NCBI GenBank assembly: GCA_039818205.1
Contig: JBCBUK010000003.1
Coordinates: 288,001 to 352,000 of the forward strand
DNA: 64,000 nt
Origin: Verrucomicrobiota bacterium
GTDB taxonomy: Bacteria > Verrucomicrobiota > Verrucomicrobiia > Opitutales > Cerasicoccaceae
Direction of reading: 5' to 3'
Positions 9,764-19,188 of this stretch are shown here, in pieces. Every line of letters begins with the position of its first letter. Within the stretch, counting starts at the first letter, position 1. The position numbers and the translations under genes were made by a program. Below the pieces are notes generated by a model, which made no database searches, was not told where the DNA came from, and saw only the letters and a program-made list of their open reading frames with translations.

Positions 9764-10207
9764 ATGTTTCGGCTGACCGTTCTTGCTGTCGGGAAACTCA
9801 AAAACAAACCTTTGAGTGCCTTAGGCGAGGACTACATGGGGCGGCTTCGACGGCACGGTCGCCTGGATTTGGTCGAAATCAAAGACTCGGATCCAACCGT
9901 AGAGGGCGAGCGATTGTTGGCAGCGCTCAAGACGAGAAGCGATGCCATTTTGTGGGCGCTTTCGGAAGAGGGCAAAACGATGCGGTCGGTCGATCTCGCC
10001 AAGGCGGTCAGCGAGCGTCAAGGCGGTGAGTTTGTCTTTGTAATCGGTGGACCCTTCGGCTTGGTTGATGACGTCAAGGTCCAGGCAGATCGGGTTTTCT
10101 CCCTTTCACCGATGACCTTTACGCATGAGATGGCTCGAGTCCTCTTGCTGGAGCAACTGTATCGAGCGGTTTCGATCAATACTGGATCGAAGTACCATCA
10201 CGATTGA
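9764..10207 (+). CDS. rlmH: 23S rRNA pseudouridine-1915 N3-methyltransferase
   Basis: LAVGKLK, FVIGGPFG, SLSPMTFTHEMARVLLLEQLYRA, KYH. Confidence 0.95.
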   Translation: MFRLTVLAVGKLKNKPLSALGEDYMGRLRRHGRLDLVEIKDSDPTVEGERLLAALKTRSDAILWALSEEGKTMRSVDLAKAVSERQGGEFVFVIGGPFGLVDDVKVQADRVFSLSPMTFTHEMARVLLLEQLYRAVSINTGSKYHHD

Positions 10208-10488
10208 CCCGTGTAAGGGTTGTCGATTCATCGAGAAAACGAGTAGGCCGGCCGATAACTGTGGTAGCCGAATCGCTTGCACCGTTTTTGGTCGCGTTTA
10301 ATGGCTAGTTAAAACCAGGAGCCCGTAGTGTGTATGCTCCTGCTGTTCAGGCGATTGCGAGAATCGGAGGTCCAGAAATGAAGCTGATGGAACGGGTAAT
10401 CCCTCGACGGATTTCAGCTGGGAACCAAGGCGATAACTTCTTTCGGCTCAGACCGATCAGCACGATGAGAATGATGGTCTTTTAGTAT

Positions 10489-11238
10489 CTAGCAGACAAG
10501 GGTGCCGATGCTATCGCCTTTGACCGCCTTAAGAATGCTGTCGGGCTCATTCATGTCGAACACGAGAATTGGCAGCTCGTTGTCCAAGCAGAGAGAGAAC
10601 GCGGTCGAGTCCATGACGGCCAGCTGGTCTTTAAGGGCGTCGATGAAGCTGACTTGCTCATATTTTTTGGCGTCCGGATTCTTTGCGGGGTCGCTATCGT
10701 AAACGCCGTCGACCTTGGTCGCTTTTAAAATGATGTCCGCACCGATCTCGCTGGCACGCAATGCGGCTGTGGTATCAGTCGAAAAGTAAGGATTGCCGGT
10801 TCCGGCGACAAAGATCACCACACGGCCCTTCTCAAGGTGGCGAATGGCGCGGCGGAGGATGAATGGTTCGGCAACTTCTTCAATGTGAAGGGCGCTTTGG
10901 ACGCGGACTGGGACGCCGTTTTTTTCGAGGCAATCCATCAGAGCGAGACCATTGATCATGGTGGCCATCATACCCATGAAATCACCTGTGGTGCGGTCGA
11001 CCTGCTGAGCACTCTCCGCACCGAGCTTTCCGCGGAAAATATTTCCGCCGCCGACGACCAGGCCAATTTGGACGCCGAGATCGTGCACTTTCTTGATCTC
11101 GGTCGCGATTCGTTGGAGAATATTGCCACTTATCGTGTCTCCCGAGACGCGGTCGCCCAGCGCCTCACCACTCAGTTTTAAGACAATGCGTTTGTATTTT
11201 GGACTTGGTCCTGTTTCCCCGGTCGAAGCGTCAGCCAT
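10489..11238 (-). CDS. pyrH: UMP kinase
   Basis: [49 protein letters not shown]. Confidence 0.98.
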   Translation of the reverse strand: MADASTGETGPSPKYKRIVLKLSGEALGDRVSGDTISGNILQRIATEIKKVHDLGVQIGLVVGGGNIFRGKLGAESAQQVDRTTGDFMGMMATMINGLALMDCLEKNGVPVRVQSALHIEEVAEPFILRRAIRHLEKGRVVIFVAGTGNPYFSTDTTAALRASEIGADIILKATKVDGVYDSDPAKNPDAKKYEQVSFIDALKDQLAVMDSTAFSLCLDNELPILVFDMNEPDSILKAVKGDSIGTLVC

Positions 11239-11594
11239 AGCGGCGTTTGTTTAAGACTGAAAGAGTGCACGGCGTCAACTCCCTGCTTGAGAAAATAACG
11301 GTGGTGACGGCTGAGGTGGAAAGTCGGATGGAACTGGATTTTTCGTAGCGAATAACAATAATATTTTATTTATGTTACAATATGGTTACTGATTACGGTG
11401 GCTTATAATTTTTCACTTCAAGCCATCATTCACGAGGGGTATTTACAAAATACTTAGATTGCATTTAGGTGTCACTAAGCTATAGATTTAGATAAACAAA
11501 AGAGATTTTCGTATACAATCCCAAGATAGTAATAGCTGTTTTTGGGGAAATTCCAAGCAGGTAATTAATATAGAATTAAGAAACAACAAGTTTT

Positions 11595-11692
11595 GCTCAA
11601 GAAACTATTGATAGTTTTTTGAGTGTTGGGTGTAGATAAGGTGGCGACGCATCAGCTTTAACAGGTCTGAGTTAACGGGCTGACGCGTCGCC
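11595..11692. other. Two tandem inverted repeats within an AT-rich intergenic island
   Basis: GCTCAAGAAACTA/TAGTTTTTTGAGT (11595-11624) and GGCGACGC-A-TCAGC..TTAAC/GTTAA..GCTGA-C-GCGTCGCC (11643-11692). Confidence 0.7.
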
Positions 11693-12006
11693 GCTGCTTT
11701 GGGGGAGATAATGCTTAGTGAAATTGGCTTACCAAAATAAATGACTTTAGCCATCATATTAGAGTCTTTAGTTTGCTCTCTTGAACGTTCACTAGCAAGC
11801 TTCTAAATTCATTTTGCAGTATAATTTGAGTGTCTTCTGCTAGATCTCCACGGTATTAATGGGTTTAGGAGGCGTTTCTTATCCAGTTGAGTCGCTACTT
11901 AGTAATAAGTATGCGAATTTTGGCATATTCCTCCGTTTTCCAGTATTCATCATGACCTAAGTCCGTAGTGTATTGGGGCGGATATATGCCGCCGATTGGG
12001 CCGACG

Positions 12007-12038
12007 AAAAAGCCCGGAGTCAGTCATGCCCGGGCTTC
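12007..12038 (-). terminator. Intrinsic terminator of metY
   Basis: Minus strand reads AAGCCCGG...CCGGGCTT followed by a T run, just downstream of the metY stop. Confidence 0.75.
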
Positions 12039-12065
12039 GATGATTTTGTTATTTGTTGAATCGCG

Positions 12066-13373
12066 CTACGATGCCGTGAGCGCCTGATCGAGGTCGGCAA
12101 TAATGTCGTCCGGTTCTTCGATACCTACGGAGAGTCGGACGTAGTCTTCCGAAACGCCCGTTGTTACCTGTTCCTCCGGTGTCAGCTGGCTGTGTGTGGT
12201 ACTGGCTGGGTGGATAGCTAGGCTCTTGGCATCACCAATGTTGGCAAGGTGGCTGAAGAGATTTAGGGATTCGATAAAGCGTCGACCGCCGTCGAGACCG
12301 GTCTTCAAGCCAAAGCCAAGTAGCGCCCCGGCACCACCATCCAGGTATTTCTCGGCCAGTTCGTGGCTCGGATGCTCCGGCAGCCCAGGATAGTTCACCC
12401 AGCTGACCTTGTCGTGGTCACGGAGGAATCTGGCCACCTTCATCGCGTTACTGGAATGTTGCTTCATCCGCAGGTGTAGGGTTTCAACGCCTAATAGCGT
12501 GAGAAAGCTGTTGTGCGGCGACTGGCAATTTCCGGTGTCGCGCAGGAGTTGGAGGCGCATTTTCATCGCAAATGCAATATTGGCGTCTCCGGCGGGCGGA
12601 AATGCCTTGAAAGCGTCCCAGTGAACGAGTCCGTGGTAGCTGGCATCGGCTTCAGTGAAACCCGGGTGGCGTCCTTGCCCCCAATCGAAGTTGCCTCCGT
12701 CGACGACCATGCCGCCAATGGCGACTCCGTGGCCACCCAGAAACTTGGTGGTCGAGTGCACAACGACGTTTGCGCCGTGTTCCAGCGGGCGGCAAAGTGC
12801 AGGGGAGAGGGCAGTGTTATCAATGATTAACGGAATGCCGTTTTCCGAGGCGATGGCGGCGACTTCAGCGATCGGAAAAATATTCAACCGCGGGTTGCCC
12901 AGCGACTCACCAAAAAACGCGCGGGTATTGGGCTTGATCGCTTCCCGAAAGCTTTCTGGGTTTTCGGCGTCCACGAAACTGACTTCGATTCCGAGTCTCG
13001 GCAGCGTGTAGTGGAAGAGGTTGTAGGTGCCACCGTATAATTGGGAGACTGAGACGATGTGGTCGCCGGCTCCCGCTAGGTTCAAGATGGAATTCGTGAC
13101 CGCGGCTGAACCACTTGCGTGGGCCAGGCCGGCGGTTCCACCTTCCAAGGCAGCGACGCGCTGCTCGAGCACATCGGTGGTTGGATTCATGATCCGGGTG
13201 TAAATGTTACCCAGTTCTTTGAGGCCAAAAAGGTTGGCGGCGTGTTCGGTGTCGCGGAAGGTGTAACTAGTCGTTTGGTAGATCGGTACCGCGCGGCTGT
13301 TGGTGGCCGAGTCTGGCTCGTGGCCGGCGTGAAGGGATAGGGTTCCAATGCCTGGTTTGCGAGATTGGGTCAT
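12066..13373 (-). CDS. metY: O-acetylhomoserine sulfhydrylase (O-acetylhomoserine aminocarboxypropyltransferase)
   Basis: VPIYQTTSY, YTRIMNPT, HSTTKFLGGHG (PLP Lys), HLANIGDAKSLAIHPASTTH. Confidence 0.93.
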   Translation of the reverse strand: MTQSRKPGIGTLSLHAGHEPDSATNSRAVPIYQTTSYTFRDTEHAANLFGLKELGNIYTRIMNPTTDVLEQRVAALEGGTAGLAHASGSAAVTNSILNLAGAGDHIVSVSQLYGGTYNLFHYTLPRLGIEVSFVDAENPESFREAIKPNTRAFFGESLGNPRLNIFPIAEVAAIASENGIPLIIDNTALSPALCRPLEHGANVVVHSTTKFLGGHGVAIGGMVVDGGNFDWGQGRHPGFTEADASYHGLVHWDAFKAFPPAGDANIAFAMKMRLQLLRDTGNCQSPHNSFLTLLGVETLHLRMKQHSSNAMKVARFLRDHDKVSWVNYPGLPEHPSHELAEKYLDGGAGALLGFGLKTGLDGGRRFIESLNLFSHLANIGDAKSLAIHPASTTHSQLTPEEQVTTGVSEDYVRLSVGIEEPDDIIADLDQALTAS

Positions 13374-13584
13374 AGTGAGCTATCTCATAATGATCCCTGC
13401 GGTTGTGACAAGAGTGATTCCCTGCGGTGACGGATTCGCGCCCGATCTGGAGTAGAAATTCGGGCGTTCGAGGTCTCGATTAACCCTCGACAGCGTCATG
13501 GAACCTTTCAACATTGTCCGCTCGATACCGGAGCTTGCTCAGCTTGAGTTGGCCTCGAATAACCGCATTTTCCCAGATTGATCC

Positions 13585-13878
13585 ATGGCACACACCGAAA
13601 TAAACATCGATAAAGTGGCGAGTCTCGCCCGCCTTGACCTGACCGCCGAAGAAAAAGCAACTTTTGCTGAACAGCTTGGGCAGGTGCTTGAACACATGGA
13701 GAAACTGAATGCGCTCAACCTTGACGATGTCGAGCCGACTGCCCATTCGTTTCCGCTCTCGAACGTGCTTGATGAAGACGAGCCGACGCCGGCGTTCACT
13801 CCGGAAGAAGCACTCAAGAATGCGCCAAAAATCCGGGACAACCAAGTCGTCGTACCTAAAGTTGTTGAAGATGCCTAG
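13585..13878 (+). CDS. gatC: Asp/Glu-tRNA amidotransferase subunit C
   Basis: VASLARL...VEPTAH...ALKNAP...VVVPKVVE; immediately upstream of gatA. Confidence 0.95.
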   Translation: MAHTEINIDKVASLARLDLTAEEKATFAEQLGQVLEHMEKLNALNLDDVEPTAHSFPLSNVLDEDEPTPAFTPEEALKNAPKIRDNQVVVPKVVEDA

Positions 13879-13936
13879 GAGCCTCCGTCGCTGATCCTCG
13901 TTTACCTATTTTGTTGATTCCCGAATCCATTTACCG

Positions 13937-15403
13937 ATGCCTGAATTATACGAACACACTGCCGTCGAGCTGATCCAGCTGTTGGAAAGCGGCCAGACGA
14001 GCGCCCGAGATATCATGTCCGCTTTCCTGGACCGGACCAATGCCGTCGAGTCTCAGATCAATGCGTTCAATGCATTTGATGCGGATGATGCGCTCCGGCA
14101 AGCGGAGGCGTCCGATTCACGACGCAAGGACGGTACCTCACTTGGGCTACTAGATGGGATTCCGGTGGCGCTCAAGGACGTGATTGCGGTGAAGGATCAG
14201 CCATTGACGGCTTCGAGCAAGATCTTGCAAGAGTTTGTGTCCCCATACGATTCTCATGTCACCGAGCTGCTCAAACAGCAGGGAGCCGTGCTCTTTGGTC
14301 GATTGAACCTTGATGAATTTGCGATGGGTTCCTCGACTGAGAATAGCGGCTTTCAACGGACCTCCAATCCGTGGAATCTCGACTGCGTGCCCGGCGGCAG
14401 CTCGGGCGGAAGTGCGGCTGCCGTTGCCGCTTTGGAGGCACCGTTGACCCTGGGTAGCGACACCGGTGGTTCCATTCGACAGCCCGCGGCATTCTGCGGT
14501 GTGGTTGGCATGAAGCCGACCTACGGCTTGGTGTCACGTTACGGATTGATCGCCTTTGCTTCTTCGCTGGATCAGATTGGTCCCTTCACCCGAACGGTGG
14601 AAGACGCGGCTATTTTGCTTCAGGGGATTGTTGGGCACGACCGCCGCGACTCGACTTCGATCAAGATGGAGGTGCCGGATTACCGTGCGGCTCTGGGGCA
14701 GTCAGCGGACAAGAAATGGCGCCTGGGTATCCCGAAGGAATACTTTGGTGATGGGCTTGATCCAGAGGTCCGTGCAGCGGTCGACACGGCGATTAAGACC
14801 TATGAGAGCCAAGGGCACGAGATTATCGAAGTCAGCTTGCCGACCACCGATTTGGCCGTGCCAGTTTACTACATTATCGCGCCTGCTGAGGCATCGTCGA
14901 ATCTTTCTCGCTACGATGGTATCCGCTACGGGCACCGGAGCGACAACGCTAGAAACGCGATTGATGTTTACTACAAGAGCCGCGCAGAAGGGTTTGGCGC
15001 CGAGGTGAAGCGTCGGATTATCCTCGGCTCTTACGTGCTCTCGAGTGGCTACTATGACGCCTACTACCTCAAGGCACAGAAAGCCCGGACCATTATCCGC
15101 AATGACTTTAACGCTGCCTTCGAGAAGTGTGATGCGCTGCTCACACCAACAACGCCGACAGCAGCCTTTAAGGCAGGCGAAAAGACGAGTGATCCGCTCT
15201 CGATGTATTTATCCGATATTTTCACGATCAACGTAAACCTCGCGGGCTTACCGGGCATCAGTGTGCCGTGCGGGTTCACGAGCGATGGTTTGCCGATCGG
15301 CCTGCAAGTCATCGGCCAGGCCTTCAAGGAGGCGGATCTATTGTCGATCGCCCATGCCTACGAGCGGCAGCACAATTGGCATCAAAAGACCGCAGCGCTC
15401 TAA
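13937..15403 (+). CDS. gatA: Asp/Glu-tRNA amidotransferase subunit A
   Basis: Amidase signature PGGSSGGSAAAVAA, GSDTGGSIRQPA, EVKRRIILG. Confidence 0.98.
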   Translation: MPELYEHTAVELIQLLESGQTSARDIMSAFLDRTNAVESQINAFNAFDADDALRQAEASDSRRKDGTSLGLLDGIPVALKDVIAVKDQPLTASSKILQEFVSPYDSHVTELLKQQGAVLFGRLNLDEFAMGSSTENSGFQRTSNPWNLDCVPGGSSGGSAAAVAALEAPLTLGSDTGGSIRQPAAFCGVVGMKPTYGLVSRYGLIAFASSLDQIGPFTRTVEDAAILLQGIVGHDRRDSTSIKMEVPDYRAALGQSADKKWRLGIPKEYFGDGLDPEVRAAVDTAIKTYESQGHEIIEVSLPTTDLAVPVYYIIAPAEASSNLSRYDGIRYGHRSDNARNAIDVYYKSRAEGFGAEVKRRIILGSYVLSSGYYDAYYLKAQKARTIIRNDFNAAFEKCDALLTPTTPTAAFKAGEKTSDPLSMYLSDIFTINVNLAGLPGISVPCGFTSDGLPIGLQVIGQAFKEADLLSIAHAYERQHNWHQKTAAL

Positions 15404-15455
15404 GCGGCAACTGCGAAACTGAAACCAACTATTCTCACTTTATAGACGACGTCCC

Positions 15456-16934
15456 ATGGAATACGAACCGGTAATTGGCTTGGAAGTTCACGTGCAGCTT
15501 AAAACGCGCACGAAGATGTTTACGCGGGTTGCATACGAATATGGTCATGAGCCCAACACCTTGACCAATCCGGTGATCATGGGCCTTCCTGGCACCTTGC
15601 CAGTGATGAATAAAGAAGCGGTCCGCAAGACCGTGCAGCTTGGCCTCATGCTCGGATGTAAGATTACGGAAACCTGCAAGTGGGATCGCAAAAACTATTT
15701 CTACCCGGATAGTCCAAAAAACTATCAGCTTTCTCAATTCGATCAGCCGATTTGCGATGGCGGCGAAGTCGAGATCGAGATGCTGGGTTCTTCGCGCAAC
15801 GTCATGGGCGATCATCGCATGGTCCAGCTGACCCGGATTCACCTTGAAGAAGACGTGGGCAAACTCACGCACTTTGCCAACGATAGTCTGGTGGATTACA
15901 ACCGGGCTGGCGCAGCGTTGTGCGAAATCGTTACCGACCCAAATTTGTATTCCGCCGACGAAGTCTTTGCCTTCATGACGGCGCTGCGAAATATGATCGT
16001 GACCGCTGGCCTTTCGGACTGCGACATGGAGAAGGGGCAGATGCGCTGCGATGCCAATATCTCCGTGCGGCCCAAGGGAACGGATACACTGGGCACGAAG
16101 GTCGAGCTGAAGAACATGAACAGTATCTCAGGTGTGCGCAATGCGGTCGCCTATGAGATCAAGCGGCAGACCCACGCTAAGTTGCACGGTGGCGATACGA
16201 TTGTTCAAGAGACTCGCCGCTGGAATCCAACTTCGTTGACCACCGAGTCAATGCGGATGAAGGAGGAAAGTCATGACTACCGGTACTTCCCGGACCCTGA
16301 CCTCATGCCCGTCACGATCACCGCTGAGCAAGTGGAGAAGATTCGGGCTGAGATTCCGGAGATGCCCTTTGATCGTCAGCGTCGCTACATGGAAACGATG
16401 GACCTTCCGTATACGATCACGTCAGTCCTTTGTCCAGATCGTGAGTTGGCGGAGTTTTTTGAGAAAGCCCTTGAGTTGACCGCTGGTAAATCGACGCCCA
16501 AGGCCGTCGCCAATCTTGTCGCTAACGAATTGATCCGCGACCTATCTGCAGCGGAAGGTGAGGGACGTTTGCCATTGGCCGACTGCCCGATCAAGCCTGA
16601 GCATGTTGCAGAGCTTGTGCTCCTCATTGAAGTCGGAACGATCACCAAGCAGATTGGTAAAGAAGTCTGGGCGGATATGTTTGCCAGCGGAAAGATGCCA
16701 GCAGCGGTTGTCGAAGAGAAAGACCTTGGTGCTAGCAACGATAGCGGAGAACTCGAGGGTATCATTGCCGGAGTCGTGGCCGATCCGAAGCATGACAAGG
16801 CCATCAGCCAATTTAAGGAAGGTAACGCCAAGGCATTGAACTCGTTGATCGGTCCCGTGATGAAAGCGACTCAAGGCAAAGCGAATCCCCAGCAGATTCA
16901 GCAGATCATGCGGGATATTATTGGGAAAATGTAG
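15456..16934 (+). CDS. gatB: Asp/Glu-tRNA amidotransferase subunit B
   Basis: VIGLEVHVQL, RKNYFYPD, IHLEEDVGK, MRCDANIS, DYRYFPDPDL. Confidence 0.98.
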   Translation: MEYEPVIGLEVHVQLKTRTKMFTRVAYEYGHEPNTLTNPVIMGLPGTLPVMNKEAVRKTVQLGLMLGCKITETCKWDRKNYFYPDSPKNYQLSQFDQPICDGGEVEIEMLGSSRNVMGDHRMVQLTRIHLEEDVGKLTHFANDSLVDYNRAGAALCEIVTDPNLYSADEVFAFMTALRNMIVTAGLSDCDMEKGQMRCDANISVRPKGTDTLGTKVELKNMNSISGVRNAVAYEIKRQTHAKLHGGDTIVQETRRWNPTSLTTESMRMKEESHDYRYFPDPDLMPVTITAEQVEKIRAEIPEMPFDRQRRYMETMDLPYTITSVLCPDRELAEFFEKALELTAGKSTPKAVANLVANELIRDLSAAEGEGRLPLADCPIKPEHVAELVLLIEVGTITKQIGKEVWADMFASGKMPAAVVEEKDLGASNDSGELEGIIAGVVADPKHDKAISQFKEGNAKALNSLIGPVMKATQGKANPQQIQQIMRDIIGKM

Positions 16935-16966
16935 TCGCGATTCGCGGCTGTCGTTAATCGCCTCTG

Positions 16967-17575
16967 CTAAAAACGGATGCAGGGCTCATCCATGTTGTGT
17001 TCGTATCCGAGGACAACCACGGCCGCCGTCGAGAGGACGAAGTAGCGGCCCGCACTGGCCGGTAATCCGAGCCACCGCGCCATCACCACGCGTAAAAAAT
17101 GGCCATGGGAAAACGCAAAGGCCTCTTTGGACTCAATACTGCGGAGGCGTTGTATGACCCGGTCGGCACGGTCTGAAACCATTTCAACAGATTCGCCGCC
17201 TGGCGCGCCATCGTCAAAGATGTTCCAGCCGGGGCGGTCGTCTTGGATCTCCTTGGTGGTCCGCCCCTCATATTCCCCGTAGTCCCATTCCATCAGGTCA
17301 TCGAGTAGCTCGATGGATTGGCTGCGGGTGGCAATCGTGCAGGTTTCCTGAGCGCGTTTGAGCGGGCTGCTAAAAATGTGATCGGGCAGGGGGCAATTGT
17401 TTGGATCGTCACAACGATCGAGCAGGCGTTGACGGACGTGCTCGGCTTCCTTGCGCCCTCCCTCAGTCAGTGGGAGGTCGGTGCGTCCCGTGTGTTGGCG
17501 ACTGATGGTCCAGGCGGTTTCGCCGTGGCGTGCGAGATAGATAGTTGGGAAATCACTCACTAAGCAGCGGAGCAT
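16967..17575 (-). CDS. Histidine phosphatase (phosphoglycerate mutase superfamily)
   Basis: LARHGET, SSPLKRAQET, EWDYGEYEG, PGGES, FSHG. Start uncertain. Confidence 0.9.
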   Translation of the reverse strand: MLRCLVSDFPTIYLARHGETAWTISRQHTGRTDLPLTEGGRKEAEHVRQRLLDRCDDPNNCPLPDHIFSSPLKRAQETCTIATRSQSIELLDDLMEWDYGEYEGRTTKEIQDDRPGWNIFDDGAPGGESVEMVSDRADRVIQRLRSIESKEAFAFSHGHFLRVVMARWLGLPASAGRYFVLSTAAVVVLGYEHNMDEPCIRF

Positions 17576-17700
17576 AATTGTCGCGTTGGGCTTGGCAACC
17601 GCGAATCCCCTAGACAAAAGTAGTACTGTCTTCGAAATTGATCCTGCTATCGTAGGGAACACTGCTTCGAGCATTCATGTATTAACGGATCAGAATCTTT

Positions 17701-18678
17701 ATGAAATACCGCCAATTAGGAACCTCCGACGTTAAAGTAAGTGAAATCAGCCTGGGTTGTTGGACCATGGGCGGTCTCAACTGGGTCGACGGCAGCCCCA
17801 ACGGATGGGCTGATGTCAACGAGGACGAGATCGCGGCCGCGATCAAGCTCGCCGTGGATGCCGGCGTCAACCACTTCGACAACGCAGATGTTTACGGTAA
17901 TGGGAACGCCGAACGCATGTTGGCGCGGGTGCTCAAGCGCTTGGGGCTGAAGAGCGAGGACTATGTCATCGCGAGCAAAATGGGGCACTTTTCAGGAACC
18001 GCCGAGCGTGCCTATGAGCCGGCGCATATTCGGCATCAATGCGAGCAGTCGTTGATCAATTTACAACGCGACTACCTGGATATCTATTATTTCCACCACG
18101 GCAACTTTGGTAAAGACGGCGAGTATCTCGACGATGCCGTGGCGGTCATGAACGCCTTGGTCGACGAAGGCAAGGTGCGGCTAAAGGGCCAATCAGCCTA
18201 CACGGTTGCCCATTTTAAGCGGGCGATTCCGGCCGTTCAGCCGACCGTGGTACAAAGCTGGGCGCATATGGAGTCACACGAGTTTATTGATGAGAACGGT
18301 CCAGTTTCTCAGCTGATGAAGGAGTACGACTGCTCCTATGTGGCGTTCAGTCCTCTGGGTCAAGGTCGCTTGCTCGGGAAGTTCGACCCCAAGAATCCAC
18401 CGAAGTTTGAAGCGGGTGACCACCGGGCGAAGAGCGATGCGTTTTCAGCTGAGAGCTTGGCGGCACTACAGCCAAAGATTGATGCCCTGAAGGAGCGTTT
18501 TGGCGATTCGGTGAATCGGCTTTCGGCTGTTGCTCAGCAGTTTGTGCTATCCCACCCACGGGTTGCCTGCGTCATCCCTGGCTTTCGCAACGAACGCCAG
18601 GTAACCTGCAATTTGGCAGCAGATGGATTCGAGCTCAGCAACGCCGATTTGCAGTTTATTCGGAGCCTGTTCGAATAG
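17701..18678 (+). CDS. Aldo/keto reductase
   Basis: YRQLG...VSEISLGCW, FDNADVYG, SLINLQRDYLDIY, FSPLGQG, VIPG. Confidence 0.93.
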   Translation: MKYRQLGTSDVKVSEISLGCWTMGGLNWVDGSPNGWADVNEDEIAAAIKLAVDAGVNHFDNADVYGNGNAERMLARVLKRLGLKSEDYVIASKMGHFSGTAERAYEPAHIRHQCEQSLINLQRDYLDIYYFHHGNFGKDGEYLDDAVAVMNALVDEGKVRLKGQSAYTVAHFKRAIPAVQPTVVQSWAHMESHEFIDENGPVSQLMKEYDCSYVAFSPLGQGRLLGKFDPKNPPKFEAGDHRAKSDAFSAESLAALQPKIDALKERFGDSVNRLSAVAQQFVLSHPRVACVIPGFRNERQVTCNLAADGFELSNADLQFIRSLFE

Positions 18679-18690
18679 TCCCAGGGCATA

Positions 18691-18718
18691 GACCCCAGCT
18701 AATTTGATGGGGTTTTTT
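18691..18718 (+). terminator. Probable intrinsic terminator
   Basis: GACCCCA...TGGGGTT stem followed by a T run after the AKR stop. Confidence 0.55.
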
Positions 18719-18813
18719 GAACCCGCTCTTGACCCATTCTCGATTGTAGAGAGAATGGGGGATGATTGCGGCATATTGTTTGCTGCGCTTTCACTTGTTG
18801 CTCCAATAGGAAT

Positions 18814-19188
18814 ATGGCTCGTATTCTAGTTATCGACGACCAGCCCGGCGTGCGGGAGATGATTGCTATGATGATCCAGCGTGCAGGGCATGAATGCTTT
18901 GAGGCAAGGGATGGTAATCGTGGCCTAAAGCTCGTCGAGCAGGTGAACTTGGATTTGGTCATTACCGATATTCTGATGCCTGAAAAGGAGGGCATTGAAA
19001 CGATAATTGAACTGCGGAAACGTTTCCCAGCTATTCGCGTGGTCGCGATATCGGGCGGCGGAGATTCTAAGAAATTCGATTACCTGCCGATGGCGGAGAA
19101 GCTGGGCGCACATGCGACGCTCCGGAAGCCCTTCGATCAGGCGGCGCTGCTTGGTATTGTCGAGAATCTGTTGAGTGCCGAGGGATAA
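18814..19188 (+). CDS. Single-domain response regulator (REC)
   Basis: ILVIDD, LVITDILMPEKEG, AISGG, LRKPF. Confidence 0.93.
   Translation: MARILVIDDQPGVREMIAMMIQRAGHECFEARDGNRGLKLVEQVNLDLVITDILMPEKEGIETIIELRKRFPAIRVVAISGGGDSKKFDYLPMAEKLGAHATLRKPFDQAALLGIVENLLSAEG

Noticed and set aside
10208..10488. Possible ncRNA or small gene in the rlmH-pyrH convergent gap
   Set aside because: I found only a 7-bp hairpin (CAGGAGC/GCTCCTG) and short open frames without convincing starts; no tRNA, SRP or tmRNA motif.
11351..11380. dif/Xer-like site (AATAACAATAA-N8-TTATGTTACAA)
   Set aside because: The spacer is 8 rather than 6 nt, the XerD-like arm is imperfect, and such matches arise easily in AT-rich DNA.
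11463..11477. Resemblance to the SP6 phage promoter (ATTTAGGTGTCACTA)
   Set aside because: It has a mismatch, lacks the TAG initiation end, and no vector or phage sequence is nearby; probably chance.
11300..11990. AT-rich island as a replication origin
   Set aside because: Only isolated one- or two-mismatch DnaA-box-like 9-mers were seen, with no cluster and no dnaA/dnaN context.
13374..13584. SAM riboswitch upstream of metY
   Set aside because: No SAM-I or SAM-II consensus elements were recognisable by eye; an Infernal scan would be decisive.
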